In this document: in pieces, positions 30,838 to 40,835 of the stretch
Layout: every line of letters begins with the position of its first letter
How positions within the stretch are numbered: the first letter of the stretch is position 1
NCBI GenBank assembly: GCA_040217195.1
Contig: JAVJNR010000003.1
Location: forward strand, 320,001-384,000
DNA: 64,000 nt
DNA from: Leptospiraceae bacterium
GTDB taxonomy: Bacteria > Spirochaetota > Leptospiria > Leptospirales > Leptonemataceae
Reading direction: 5' to 3'
Position numbers and translations under genes: made by a program
Notes under the pieces: generated by a model
The model's input: only the letters and a program-made list of their open reading frames with translations
Told to the model about the DNA's origin: nothing
Database searches by the model: none

Positions 30838-31117
30838 GTTCAGATGAATAAAGGCATTCATTCTCTACCGGTCAAGTAGGGAAAAATTGAAACCGTTTCT
30901 CAGTTTCATATATAATCACTGCGTAAATGGTGTTTAAACCGAAACTCACTTGCTAGCAATGTTGCGCGAAGTAAGAAAGACAAGAATCCCCTGGAATTCC
31001 TGGCTGTGCACTCATGAAAGAGGAACTTCGCACATAGATATACCGGACTCCAATCCGGCAGCGAAAGGGTGCATGCCAGACCTGGAGATTCTTACCTGAT
31101 TCCCAAGAGGACCCAAC

Positions 31118-32566
31118 ATGCAGGAACAGACCAACATTGCCGGCCCGGCGCCGGATTACGATAACCAGATCGTTCGCTGGTGGGTGCTTAGCACCATTTT
31201 TTATGGTGTGGCAGCCATGCTCATGGGCGTAATAGCAGCATTTCAGATGGTTTATCCATCCTGGAATCTGACGCACATTCTGCCCCATCTGAGCTTCGGA
31301 CGAATCCGCCCCGTTCATACAAACGGGATTATCTTCGGATTTACACTGAGTATTATCTTCGCGACGATGTACTATTCCATCCCGCGTTTGCTAAAAACCT
31401 CCGTCTGGTCACGAGCCCTGTCTCGCGTCCATTTCTGGATGTACCAGGTTACACTACTGGGAGCTGTGGTTACTTTGCTTATGGGTTTCACTCAGAGCAA
31501 AGAATACGCAGAACTGGAATGGCCCCTGGACCTGATTATCGCCGTCTGGTGGGTGATCATGTCTTTGAACTTCTTCATGACCATCAAGAATCGTCAGGAG
31601 AAGCACATCTATGTGGCTATCTGGTTCTACATTGCTACCTGGGTAACCATCCCAATCCTGTTCATTGTAAACAACCTGGCCATTCCTTCTGGACTGTTTA
31701 AATCCTATTCTATCTTCAGTGGAACGACGGATGCAAACATTCAGTGGTGGTATGGACACAATGCTGTGGCTTTCGTACTTACAACACCCATTCTGGGAAT
31801 GATGTATTACTATCTGCCCAAGCATGCCAGGGTTCCTATTTTCAGTCACAGGATTTCCATTATTCACTTCTGGTCTTTGATTTTCATCTACATCTGGGCC
31901 GGACCTCACCACCTTCTGTATTCACCTATACCGGACTGGGCTCAAACCCTGGGCATGGTGTTTTCCGTGGCCTTGATCGCACCGTCCTGGGGCGGTATGC
32001 TAAACGGATTTCTCACTCTGACTCAGTCGAAAGAGAAAATCCGAACGGATGCGGTAATCAAATTCATGTTGGTGGCACTCACCTTTTACGGTATGTCTAC
32101 CTTTGAAGGACCTATGATGTCCGTGCGTGCTGTGAACACTATTTCGCACAACACAGACTGGACCATCGGACACGTTCATGGTGGTGCTCTGGGATGGGTT
32201 GCCGGTATGGCCTTTGTAGCAATCTACTACCTGGTGCCTCGACTGTGGAACACCAATCTGCATAGCGAAAAACTGGCAGAAGTACACTTCTGGATGGCTT
32301 TCGGAGGAATTATCCTCTACGTAGTTTCCATGTGGGTATCCGGTGTTACCGAAGGCCTGATGTGGAGAGCGGTGGATGCTACAGGCGCACTGCAGTACGA
32401 TAAATGGATTGAGATTGTTGAGATTCTGCAACCCTATCGCTTAATTCGCGCCCTGGGTGGAACGTTGTTCCTGGCAGGATTCCTGCTTCTGATCTATAAC
32501 GTCTGGATGACAATACGAAACGCCGGTTCTGGCTTTGTAGCTGTGGATCTGCGAGAAAAGGCTTAA
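31118..32566 (+). CDS. ccoN: cbb3-type cytochrome c oxidase subunit I
   Basis: RIRPVHTN, KEYAELEW, QWWYGHNAV, YIWAGPHHL, WTIGHVHGGALGW. Confidence 0.97.
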   Translation: MQEQTNIAGPAPDYDNQIVRWWVLSTIFYGVAAMLMGVIAAFQMVYPSWNLTHILPHLSFGRIRPVHTNGIIFGFTLSIIFATMYYSIPRLLKTSVWSRALSRVHFWMYQVTLLGAVVTLLMGFTQSKEYAELEWPLDLIIAVWWVIMSLNFFMTIKNRQEKHIYVAIWFYIATWVTIPILFIVNNLAIPSGLFKSYSIFSGTTDANIQWWYGHNAVAFVLTTPILGMMYYYLPKHARVPIFSHRISIIHFWSLIFIYIWAGPHHLLYSPIPDWAQTLGMVFSVALIAPSWGGMLNGFLTLTQSKEKIRTDAVIKFMLVALTFYGMSTFEGPMMSVRAVNTISHNTDWTIGHVHGGALGWVAGMAFVAIYYLVPRLWNTNLHSEKLAEVHFWMAFGGIILYVVSMWVSGVTEGLMWRAVDATGALQYDKWIEIVEILQPYRLIRALGGTLFLAGFLLLIYNVWMTIRNAGSGFVAVDLREKA

Positions 32567-32586
32567 GCTGAGCCAGGAGAACGAAT

Positions 32587-33450
32587 ATGTCAGAAGAAAA
32601 TAGCAGAATACCAAAGGAATTAACCTGGTACGAAAAGCTCAGCTCCAAAGTTGAATCCCATGGATTGAAGCTGACTATCTGGACCACCATCGCCATCTTG
32701 ATTGGTGGCCTGGTGGAAATTCCTCCCTTCTTCATGATGGGAGACGTTAAGAAGATCGAATCCGTGGCTCCATTCAGCGCTCCGGAACTGGCAGGTCGTG
32801 ATGTGTATCAGGCAGAAGGTTGCTTCTATTGCCACACTCAATTGATTCGCCCGTTTCGCTGGGAAACTCAGCGATGGGATCCAAACCTGGCATACGGAGA
32901 GGCTCCCTATTCTAAAGCCGGTGAATTCGTTTATGATCATCCATTTCTATGGGGATCCAAGCGAACCGGTCCGGACCTTTCCCATGAATCCAGTATTCGC
33001 CCAAGTGCAGCCTGGCATGCAGAGCACCTGATCAATCCCAGGGATGCAGTGGACAATTCCCCAATGCCGGCCTATCCCCATCTCTTTCTGGAGCCTGTGG
33101 ATGCTGAGCAGACAATTGCCAACATGCGGGCGCTCCAAACCATCGGGGTACCCTACAATGCGGGTCACTTTCAGGCTGCCAAGAACATGCTGATCAAAGA
33201 ATGCTCGGTGCAGGATCAGAAAAACATGAAGCGAGCCATGGTAGTGAAAGGCTACAGCGAAAGCGAAATTGAAGCCAATGTCTGCAAGCTCGGCGAAGTT
33301 GTACCTATGACCAAGGGAGATGCCCTGGTTAGCTATCTGCTGAAGCTGGGTCGAGACACTACGTCTGTGGCCATGGAAAAAGCTGAAGAAGCCAATGAGT
33401 CGGATGTGGCTGACGCTTCCGATAACCCGGAGGCCAACGATGGAAAATGA
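32587..33450 (+). CDS. ccoO: cbb3-type cytochrome c oxidase subunit II
   Basis: GRDVYQAEGCFYCHTQLIRP, LWGSKRTGPDL, SPMPAY. Confidence 0.95.
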   Translation: MSEENSRIPKELTWYEKLSSKVESHGLKLTIWTTIAILIGGLVEIPPFFMMGDVKKIESVAPFSAPELAGRDVYQAEGCFYCHTQLIRPFRWETQRWDPNLAYGEAPYSKAGEFVYDHPFLWGSKRTGPDLSHESSIRPSAAWHAEHLINPRDAVDNSPMPAYPHLFLEPVDAEQTIANMRALQTIGVPYNAGHFQAAKNMLIKECSVQDQKNMKRAMVVKGYSESEIEANVCKLGEVVPMTKGDALVSYLLKLGRDTTSVAMEKAEEANESDVADASDNPEANDGK

Positions 33451-33640
33451 AATCTGGATGGGGATCTATAAAGGCATGCGCCTTCCCCTGCTGGGTATGA
33501 TACTTCTCTTCATTGCCTGGTACGTTTACCGACCGGGCAAAAAGAAGGAACTGGAAGCGGCCAAGTATGATATGCTGGACGATGAAATCGATACCGGCCT
33601 GTCACAGGAATACCGCAACCGGGATAAGGAGGCTGTATAA
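33440..33640 (+). CDS. ccoQ: cbb3-type oxidase small subunit
   Basis: Single TM then WYVYRPGKKKELEAA...LDD; lies between ccoO and ccoP; GGAGG RBS before ATG 33440. Confidence 0.8.
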   Translation: MENEIWMGIYKGMRLPLLGMILLFIAWYVYRPGKKKELEAAKYDMLDDEIDTGLSQEYRNRDKEAV

Positions 33641-34188
33641 TGGCAGATTTTCAAGAAGTAAGAGATGATGAAGAGATATACGAAGGACGGGGCTGGCTAC
33701 CTACCTGGTGGACCCTGATGCTAATCGCAGGAATCGTCTTTGGCGTAGTCTATGTACTCTGGACCCATGGCCTGGAAGGCTGGGATCAAGAAAAGGGCTA
33801 TGAGCAGGAAGTGGCCGATTACCAGAAGCAGTTTCCTGAAGCCATGAATTTGAACAAGGTTACTCTCACCGAAGAAGGCATCAACCCTCTGCGCGGCGAT
33901 GCAGAGGCTGTGAAAGAAGGCGAAAGCCACTTCCAGTCCAAGTGCGCCGCCTGTCATGGAAATGATGGTACAGGTAGAGTGGGACCAGATCTAACAGATG
34001 CTACCTGGTTGCATGGTAATTCGGATGCAGTGGTCTTTGGTCTGGTAATGAATGGAATTCAGGGCGAACAAAAGAAACTGGATACCGGCGGAAACATGCC
34101 GGCGCACAATCGTAGCCTGGGAAGTACAAAGGTGCTTCAGGTGATGGCCTGGCTGTCCAGGATGAATCCGAGTCTCAAAACAAAATAG
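33640..34188 (+). CDS. ccoP: cbb3-type oxidase subunit III, short monoheme form
   Basis: LPTWW N-terminal motif, one TM, single CAACHG..G.G..GPDL.D..WLHG and MPA. Confidence 0.88.
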   Translation: MADFQEVRDDEEIYEGRGWLPTWWTLMLIAGIVFGVVYVLWTHGLEGWDQEKGYEQEVADYQKQFPEAMNLNKVTLTEEGINPLRGDAEAVKEGESHFQSKCAACHGNDGTGRVGPDLTDATWLHGNSDAVVFGLVMNGIQGEQKKLDTGGNMPAHNRSLGSTKVLQVMAWLSRMNPSLKTK

Positions 34189-34235
34189 TTTCCAGAGACA
34201 TAGTTTCCTTATCAAAGAAAGATACCTTTATTAAT

Positions 34236-34263
34236 AGCGGAGGGTTACCCTCCGCTTCCTTTC
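34236..34263 (+). terminator. Hairpin between ccoP and ccoG
   Basis: agcggaggg-tta-ccctccgct followed by tcctttc. Confidence 0.6.
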
Positions 34264-34300
34264 GGAAGAGCAAAAATACAATCCCGCCTGGGAGGAAAAC

Positions 34301-35635
34301 ATGGTCATTGCAAGGCCTATTGAAGGCAAGCATCGAACGATTAAGAATCGCATCAACATTGCACTTTTTGCATTGTTTCTGGTACTCCCCTTTATTCGAA
34401 TAAACGGACACCCTTTCCTTCTTCTGGATATCCCCCAGAGAACGTTTCATGTTTTTGGCCTTACTATCTGGCCCCAGGAGCTTTATTTCTTACATGTAAT
34501 ACTGCTGACCATGGGTTTTATGCTACTGTTTTTCACCGCTTTGTTCGGTAGAATCTGGTGCGGCTATGCATGTCCTCAGACCATATTCACTGAAGCCTAT
34601 AACTGGGTAGGAAAGCTGGCTGGCGGTAGTTCTTATGGAAAGCCTACCATGAAGAAATCGCACTGGGCACGGGTCATACCTGCCTGGGTCCTGTTGTCTT
34701 TTCTTTTCTCTTTTGTATTCGCAGCCTACTTTGTAAAATACGAAGATATGCTGCTTAACCTGATCACAGGGAAGATATTTGCCTTCGATGATACCTACAG
34801 GCCTGCTGCCTGGTTTATTTTCCTGATGGCATCCACCGGCACTGCCTTCTTCAATATGGTATACTTTAGAGAAAACCTCTGCAAATATGCCTGCCCCTAC
34901 GGCCGATTCCAGGCCGCGCTGATAGACCGACACAGTCCTATTGTAATGTATGATCAGGATCGTGGCGAGCAACGAAGACAGAAAGGCCAGAAGGTAGGCG
35001 ATCATGCAGGCGATTGCATCGATTGTCATCTTTGCGTTCAGGTATGTCCCACCGGAATTGATATTCGAGACGGACTACAGATTGGCTGCCTTTCCTGTGG
35101 ACTATGCGTGGATGCCTGTAACAGTGTACTCCAGAAATTCGATAAGCCTACTCTAATCGACTACAGCACCATTGCAGAGTCAGAGACCCATAAAGTGGAC
35201 CATAAAAGCAGGCCCTATGTCCGCCCCAGAACTGCAATATATGGAGCTGTGGTGGGTGCATTGATAGTGGTGTTCACTACCTTGCTCATTCTTCGCACTC
35301 CCATCTATGCAAGTATTCAAAGGGATGCAGAACTGCGAAACATAAAAGCAGCTCAGGGCTACCAGAACGGCTACGAATTACACGTGGGCAATATGTCCTA
35401 TAGCGGGTTAAAACTGAATGTTAGCGTACAGGGCGATGGACCGTTCGAGATTATTTCTCAGCCTGGAACCATTGCACTCAATCCTTCGGAGCACAAAGAA
35501 CTACGGTTGATCGTAGCTTACAAAGCGGAGAAAGCTCCTTTAAGGCCCAGAGAGCTAACTTTCATTGTTACCAGTGCTGAGGATCCTTCCATGAAGCAAT
35601 TAGTGGAAAGTAAATTCACATTCCCCATCGAATAG
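34301..35635 (+). CDS. ccoG: Cytochrome c oxidase accessory protein CcoG/FixG
   Basis: GRIWCGYACPQT, CKYACPYGRFQ, CIDCHLCVQVCPTGIDIR, CLSCGLCVDAC. Confidence 0.95.
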   Translation: MVIARPIEGKHRTIKNRINIALFALFLVLPFIRINGHPFLLLDIPQRTFHVFGLTIWPQELYFLHVILLTMGFMLLFFTALFGRIWCGYACPQTIFTEAYNWVGKLAGGSSYGKPTMKKSHWARVIPAWVLLSFLFSFVFAAYFVKYEDMLLNLITGKIFAFDDTYRPAAWFIFLMASTGTAFFNMVYFRENLCKYACPYGRFQAALIDRHSPIVMYDQDRGEQRRQKGQKVGDHAGDCIDCHLCVQVCPTGIDIRDGLQIGCLSCGLCVDACNSVLQKFDKPTLIDYSTIAESETHKVDHKSRPYVRPRTAIYGAVVGALIVVFTTLLILRTPIYASIQRDAELRNIKAAQGYQNGYELHVGNMSYSGLKLNVSVQGDGPFEIISQPGTIALNPSEHKELRLIVAYKAEKAPLRPRELTFIVTSAEDPSMKQLVESKFTFPIE

Positions 35636-35653
35636 AGGAAGGAGCAAGAATTA

Positions 35654-36160
35654 ATGTCAGAATCCATGAAAACAGCCTTCTGGCTAATTGGCATCTTCTT
35701 CACGTTGATGCTGATTGCCCTGGGCTACACTTTGAAGCTGGCTCTGGATAATGCAGAGCCAATATTGGATGAAACTTATTATGAGAAGGGTCTGGATTAC
35801 CAGGCCCACATAGATGCCCGGGAAAAAGCGGAAGATCTGGGATATAGAATCCAGGGAGACGTCTTTGAAGCGGATCTACTTTCTAGAGGTAATCAGAGCA
35901 TCTCCTGGACGCTGATTGTTCCAGAGGGCCAGAATCTAAATCCTGAAGATGTAAGCTTTACCCTGGTTCTGGATCAGCCTGCCACCAGTAGATACCGCCA
36001 GATTGTGAAGATGGATGCAAAAGACATTCAGATTCAGCAAAACAACCTGGTATTCCAGAAAGAGATAACCATTCCCAGACCTGGATACTGGGATGTAATC
36101 GTAGACGGAAAAGCTGGAGAACTGCGTTTTTATCGCAGTCAGAGAGTTGGAGTAGAATAG
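35654..36160 (+). CDS. ccoH: FixH/CcoH family protein
   Basis: N-terminal TM, YYEKGLDY motif, C-terminal PGYWDV; position after ccoG. Confidence 0.8.
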   Translation: MSESMKTAFWLIGIFFTLMLIALGYTLKLALDNAEPILDETYYEKGLDYQAHIDAREKAEDLGYRIQGDVFEADLLSRGNQSISWTLIVPEGQNLNPEDVSFTLVLDQPATSRYRQIVKMDAKDIQIQQNNLVFQKEITIPRPGYWDVIVDGKAGELRFYRSQRVGVE

Positions 36161-36427
36161 ATGGCCGGTCTGTTAATCACCTTACCGATTGCAGCTGTAA
36201 TTGCCCTGGCATTCCTGGGATTCTTTCTCTGGAGCGTGCGAAATGAGGACTACGAAGACTCGGAAATGATCAAGTATCGCATGCTTTTGGATGAACAGGA
36301 TCAGGCAGATCGAAGCATTCAGCCCAGAAAAGAAAAACCGAAGAATGAAATCCCTGCTGAATTTGGTGCGTCGCCAGACTCAGTGGCTGCCAACGCCGGT
36401 GCAAGGCCGAGCCATAACGGCCTTTAG
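36161..36427 (+). CDS. ccoS: cbb3 oxidase maturation protein CcoS
   Basis: TM then FLWSVRNEDYED...RMLLD. Confidence 0.85.
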   Translation: MAGLLITLPIAAVIALAFLGFFLWSVRNEDYEDSEMIKYRMLLDEQDQADRSIQPRKEKPKNEIPAEFGASPDSVAANAGARPSHNGL

Positions 36428-36435
36428 GATCATCC

Positions 36436-37164
36436 ATGAACGGCATCGAAAGCGCTGGCTTCTGGGCTGCGGTCTCTGTAGCTTTTATGCAGGGCTTCGT
36501 AGGCTCTTTACATTGCGTGGGAATGTGTGGACCTTTTGTACACCTGCTCAATGGCAGAAGAGATTTACCAGGAAGCGAAGACTCCGAATCCCAGGTCCGG
36601 ACCGGCAAGAAGAATCCCCGGATCGCCATCAATTTAGTATATAACTTGATGCGATCACTTTCCTATATGTCTGTAGGATTCTTTCTGGGTCTGGCCGGAA
36701 AGACAATCAATCTATATGTAGTTAACTCCATTGCAGCGATCCTGGGCGCATTACTGCTACTCTACTTTGGTCTGAGTTTTCTTTTTCCATCTTCCATCCC
36801 TGGATTTCATGGAATTCGAATGCCAGGCTGGTTTAATCGTTCCATTGGCCAACTGCTTCGAGGCAGAACCAATCCAGTGGAAAATGCAGCCCTGATGGGT
36901 ATGGTATCCGGTCTGCTGCCCTGCGGCCTGCTCTATCCTGCCTACGGACTTGCTCTGGGCACCGGGGAGCCCCTGGCCGGTGCTTTTACGATGTTTGTAT
37001 TCAGCCTGGGTACCTATCCTGCATTGATGGTTATCGGTTTGGCCAGCTCCAAGCTCTGGGATTTCTTGCGTGCCAGATGGCCTGGTCGAATCCTGGGAAT
37101 TGCAATGATTCTTTATGCAATCTTCATTGTTTATAAGCGTTGGAGCCATGCCGGAGCCCTTTAA
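36436..37164 (+). CDS. DsbD_2 / TauE-SafE-like membrane protein of cco clusters
   Basis: GSLHCVGMCGP, YNLMRSLSY, GLLPCGLLY, FSLGT.P. Confidence 0.88.
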   Translation: MNGIESAGFWAAVSVAFMQGFVGSLHCVGMCGPFVHLLNGRRDLPGSEDSESQVRTGKKNPRIAINLVYNLMRSLSYMSVGFFLGLAGKTINLYVVNSIAAILGALLLLYFGLSFLFPSSIPGFHGIRMPGWFNRSIGQLLRGRTNPVENAALMGMVSGLLPCGLLYPAYGLALGTGEPLAGAFTMFVFSLGTYPALMVIGLASSKLWDFLRARWPGRILGIAMILYAIFIVYKRWSHAGAL

Positions 37165-40003
37165 AGAAATCAGCCAATCTTCGACCGCGGTCAGCCGGGA
37201 CTCACTCTGTTTTCATTGCGGACTTCCCCTGGACGAAAGACCCATCCTTCGAAGCGACCATGCATTTTGTTGTCAGGGTTGTGCCGGTGCGTACGAGTTA
37301 ATCGCTGGTTCCGGGATGCTGGACTACTATGAATTCAGAACTGAGTATGCGCCCAGACCAGAAGACCAGACCAGCGATGAAATCTGGGAGCTAATAGAAA
37401 AACAATCCAGTCAGTATTCACAGCCCATCCAGACTACAGAGTCCGACCAGGTATCCAGCAACGATTCAAAGTCCATTCCAGACGAAAGGGGCCCTTCAGA
37501 CCAGATCCCAACCGTAGAAAACTCTTCAGGTGCGGAGAATTCAAAACAGAATCTGGTCAATGGAAGAAGCAACAGTTTCGATACCAGCGTAGCCCAGGCC
37601 AGCGATCCTTCCAGACCTGCGATGCAACCTACATCCCAGAAATCGAACGCAGCGCAATCTGATTTTCTAATCGAAGGAATCCATTGTAGCTCCTGTGTCT
37701 GGCTCAATGAAACCATGCTGCGTTCGGTGCCCGGGGTCCTGGAAGCCTCCGGGAACCTGGCCACCAATCGCCTCCGCCTGGCCTGGAATCCTCAGGTAAT
37801 CAAACTAAAAGAGCTGGCCCATAGAATTGAAAAACTGGGCTATCGCCTGCTACCCCTTCGTCACAGCGATTCCTCCGAAGCGCAGAAGAATTATGCCAGA
37901 AACCTGCTTAAACGAATGGTCGTGGCCGGATTTTTTGCAGGAAACATTATGCTGGTCAGCGTTTCCCTCTATGCCGGATATTTCGGAGTCATGGACCGAT
38001 TTACCAGGAACTTCTTTCACCTGGTCAGTTTCGCATTTGCCACACCGGTAATGCTCTATAGCGCCGCAGTGTTCTTTCGCACAGCCTGGGCCTCCCTGAA
38101 GCATGGAGTTCTATCCATGGATTTGTTAACATCCTCAGGTCTGGCCATTGCCTTTTTCTATAGTATCTACGCTGCATTCTTCGAAGCCGGAGAAGTGTAC
38201 TTTGATTCCGTTTGCTTTGTCACCTTTGCAGTGCTTGCAGGTCGATATCTGGAGAGCCGCTTAAAGCTTCGAAGTCTATATCTAATCGATAACCTGCAGC
38301 AGGCCGAGTCTCCCTTTGCACGTAAAATTCATTCGGATGGCCAGCAAGAAATTGTACCTTCCGAAAGTCTGCTGGTAGGAGATATAATTCTTTTGAAGCC
38401 CGGAGAAAGTCTGCCCTGCGATTCAGTTCTTCTCGACGATTCTGCAGAAGTGGAGCAATCCCTGCTTACAGGAGAGTTTGAACCAATTACCAGAAAAAAA
38501 GGAGATCTATTACTTTCAGGCATTAAAGCCATCGGGGAGATGAAACTGGAGGTGCGCAGAAAAGGCGATGAAAGTGCGCTACGACAGATTCAGACTATGG
38601 CCTCTGAAAGTTTGAATGATTCACCCAGAAGTCAGAAGTTTGCAGAGATGGCAGGACGATATTTTGTAGGATTCGTTCTAATTGCTGGAATAGCAGCCTT
38701 TTATTATCACTTTCAGTTATCTGGTCTTTCCCAGGCGATCATAGTCACGGTCACTCTACTGATTGTGGCCTGCCCCTGCGCTCTGAACCTGGCCATACCC
38801 ACAGCCTTTATTGCAGGTATCCAGCGCTCCTACAGTTCTGGAATATTATATAGAAATGGTCAGCATCTGGAAACCGTGGCCAGAGCCCGGCATATCATAT
38901 TCGATAAGACCGGTACACTTACGGCCGGGCGGATGGAAATCTCCAGGGAATTCTTTGCCTCAAATCAGGATCTGAATCAGCTGCGAAGCCTGTGTCGTAA
39001 CATGGAGTCCCGGTCCGGAATTCAGCATCCAGTGGTCCGGGCTTTCGAATCCACTTACGGCAATTTACCAGAAACCAGGTTCGATGGCAGAAACCTAAAA
39101 TATCATCCTGGCCAGGGACTCTCTCTGACGGTAAGTGATTCCTGGAGGTATCTGCCCGATGACTTGGACGGTACAGTGTACTATCTGGGATCGTTTTTCT
39201 GGCTTCAGATGATGCAGAAAAAGAAACAATCTGCATTCGCTTCAGAAATCCCTTCGAATGCACAGGAGATATCACCAATCTTCCATTCCTATTTCCCTTC
39301 TACAGAGGAGGCCCAGGATTCGCAGCCCATTGCTCAGGATGGTTTTAACCTGGATCAAATTCGCGATGCTTCAGAAGCACAAAGAGAGACTGCCATAGTT
39401 CTATTTCGTAAAATGCCGGGTGGATCGATTGAGGCTCTTGCAGTATTCCTCTTACACGATTCGCTGCGTCCGCAGGCTCGGCAAACGGTAGCAGCACTGA
39501 ACAAACAATACAAGCTGACCATTCTAAGTGGTGATTCGAAAGCACATGTAAGCGCCCTGGCTGAGCAGTTAGGTATCCAGGATTTCCATGCTCAACAGAG
39601 TCCACAGCAGAAACGAGATTTTGTAAGAAAGGCCGCCACTGAAACAGAAGTAATGATGGTTGGTGACGGAATCAACGATAGCGCAGCTCTGGCAAGTGCC
39701 GATGCAGGCATTAGCTTCGCAGGAGGAGCCGGTCTTGCTTTGAACAGCTCGGATATACTTCTGTTAAACAACAGACTTCAGGATCTCAGTCGAATGATTT
39801 TGATTGCTCGGTCTACAAGATCAAAGATCATTCAGAATCTGATTCTAGCATTCTCCTACAATATTCTGCTTCTGCCCATTGCATTCGCTGGATATATCAG
39901 TCCCTTTCTGGGTGCTCTATTTATGAGCTTATCTTCCATCACTGTGATCGTTAACTCAGTCTTCGCAGGTAGAATTCCTCTGCAAAAGACCAGAAGACAA
40001 TGA
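37148..40003 (+). CDS. ccoI: P1B-type copper ATPase CcoI/FixI
   Basis: CFHCG..FCCQGC, GIHCSSC, LTGE, ACPCAL, FDKTGTLT, GDGINDS, YN; GGAG RBS close to ATG 37148. Confidence 0.93.
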   Translation: MPEPFKEISQSSTAVSRDSLCFHCGLPLDERPILRSDHAFCCQGCAGAYELIAGSGMLDYYEFRTEYAPRPEDQTSDEIWELIEKQSSQYSQPIQTTESDQVSSNDSKSIPDERGPSDQIPTVENSSGAENSKQNLVNGRSNSFDTSVAQASDPSRPAMQPTSQKSNAAQSDFLIEGIHCSSCVWLNETMLRSVPGVLEASGNLATNRLRLAWNPQVIKLKELAHRIEKLGYRLLPLRHSDSSEAQKNYARNLLKRMVVAGFFAGNIMLVSVSLYAGYFGVMDRFTRNFFHLVSFAFATPVMLYSAAVFFRTAWASLKHGVLSMDLLTSSGLAIAFFYSIYAAFFEAGEVYFDSVCFVTFAVLAGRYLESRLKLRSLYLIDNLQQAESPFARKIHSDGQQEIVPSESLLVGDIILLKPGESLPCDSVLLDDSAEVEQSLLTGEFEPITRKKGDLLLSGIKAIGEMKLEVRRKGDESALRQIQTMASESLNDSPRSQKFAEMAGRYFVGFVLIAGIAAFYYHFQLSGLSQAIIVTVTLLIVACPCALNLAIPTAFIAGIQRSYSSGILYRNGQHLETVARARHIIFDKTGTLTAGRMEISREFFASNQDLNQLRSLCRNMESRSGIQHPVVRAFESTYGNLPETRFDGRNLKYHPGQGLSLTVSDSWRYLPDDLDGTVYYLGSFFWLQMMQKKKQSAFASEIPSNAQEISPIFHSYFPSTEEAQDSQPIAQDGFNLDQIRDASEAQRETAIVLFRKMPGGSIEALAVFLLHDSLRPQARQTVAALNKQYKLTILSGDSKAHVSALAEQLGIQDFHAQQSPQQKRDFVRKAATETEVMMVGDGINDSAALASADAGISFAGGAGLALNSSDILLLNNRLQDLSRMILIARSTRSKIIQNLILAFSYNILLLPIAFAGYISPFLGALFMSLSSITVIVNSVFAGRIPLQKTRRQ

Positions 40004-40111
40004 TTTCTCCAAACCATCCGCCAGCTATGCGAATTTGTTTTCCATTCTGGCACGGTCCAAAAACGCCATTTAGATTTCTGGTGCCCTCGAATCTGTAGAA
40101 TGGCCCCGGAT

Positions 40112-40152
40112 ACTTATCATCCAGACTTATCATCCAGACTTATCATCCAGAC
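40112..40152. repeat. Perfect 13-bp tandem repeat (acttatcatccag) x3
   Basis: Copies at 40112, 40125 and 40138; the third overlaps the stop codon of the HAD gene. Confidence 0.9.
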
Positions 40153-40757
40153 GTTTCCTTGAAGCTTAACTTTAGCTCTCGACCCAATTCCAGAAAGTCC
40201 CTGGCACATATATCTGCCAGATGCCGAAAAGGAAATTCGCCGGTTGGGTCTATATATACAGTGGAAGTTCCAGCCGCCCGACCCGCCTCCAGATCGTACT
40301 TGAAGTCACCTACCATTGCAGTTTCCTCTGGACGACGATGAAATAAATTCAAGAGTATTTCGATTCCTTCTGGATGCGGTTTGGGTAGTGCTTTTTCCCT
40401 GTCCACGATGTGTTCGGCTGCGAAGAATTCCTGCAGGCCTGCCCGTCGCAAAGTTTCCAGTGCAACATCGTGACGATTTCGGGTCAGAATTCCAAGACTG
40501 CATCCTTTTTGCAGCAGATTGATCAAGAATTCATGAATGCCGGCCGCAGGTCTGGCCAGGGCGGCCAGGTCCCATTCAATGCTATCCAGCTTTTTTTTCA
40601 GTCGTTTCGCCTCGTCTGGCTGCGCTTTTTGAATGGAATCCAGGATGGGAGCGTCGGGTGAAAGTCCCAGGGATTGTCTAATTTGTTGGAAATCATGGAC
40701 GGCTTCCGTAAGGGTTCCGTCCATATCGAATATCCATAGAGGCCTGTTCAGGGGCAT
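40143..40757 (-). CDS. HAD family hydrolase (subfamily IA)
   Basis: IFDMDGTL, ILTRN, PKPHPEG, MVGDFKYD. Confidence 0.9.
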   Translation of the reverse strand: MPLNRPLWIFDMDGTLTEAVHDFQQIRQSLGLSPDAPILDSIQKAQPDEAKRLKKKLDSIEWDLAALARPAAGIHEFLINLLQKGCSLGILTRNRHDVALETLRRAGLQEFFAAEHIVDREKALPKPHPEGIEILLNLFHRRPEETAMVGDFKYDLEAGRAAGTSTVYIDPTGEFPFRHLADICARDFLELGRELKLSFKETSG

Positions 40758-40835
40758 TATACCAGCCTCAGGAGCAATTTAAAGACCGCCACGAAAATTT
40801 CTTTACCTATGTACTATCTTTGGTGGGTTTCAACC

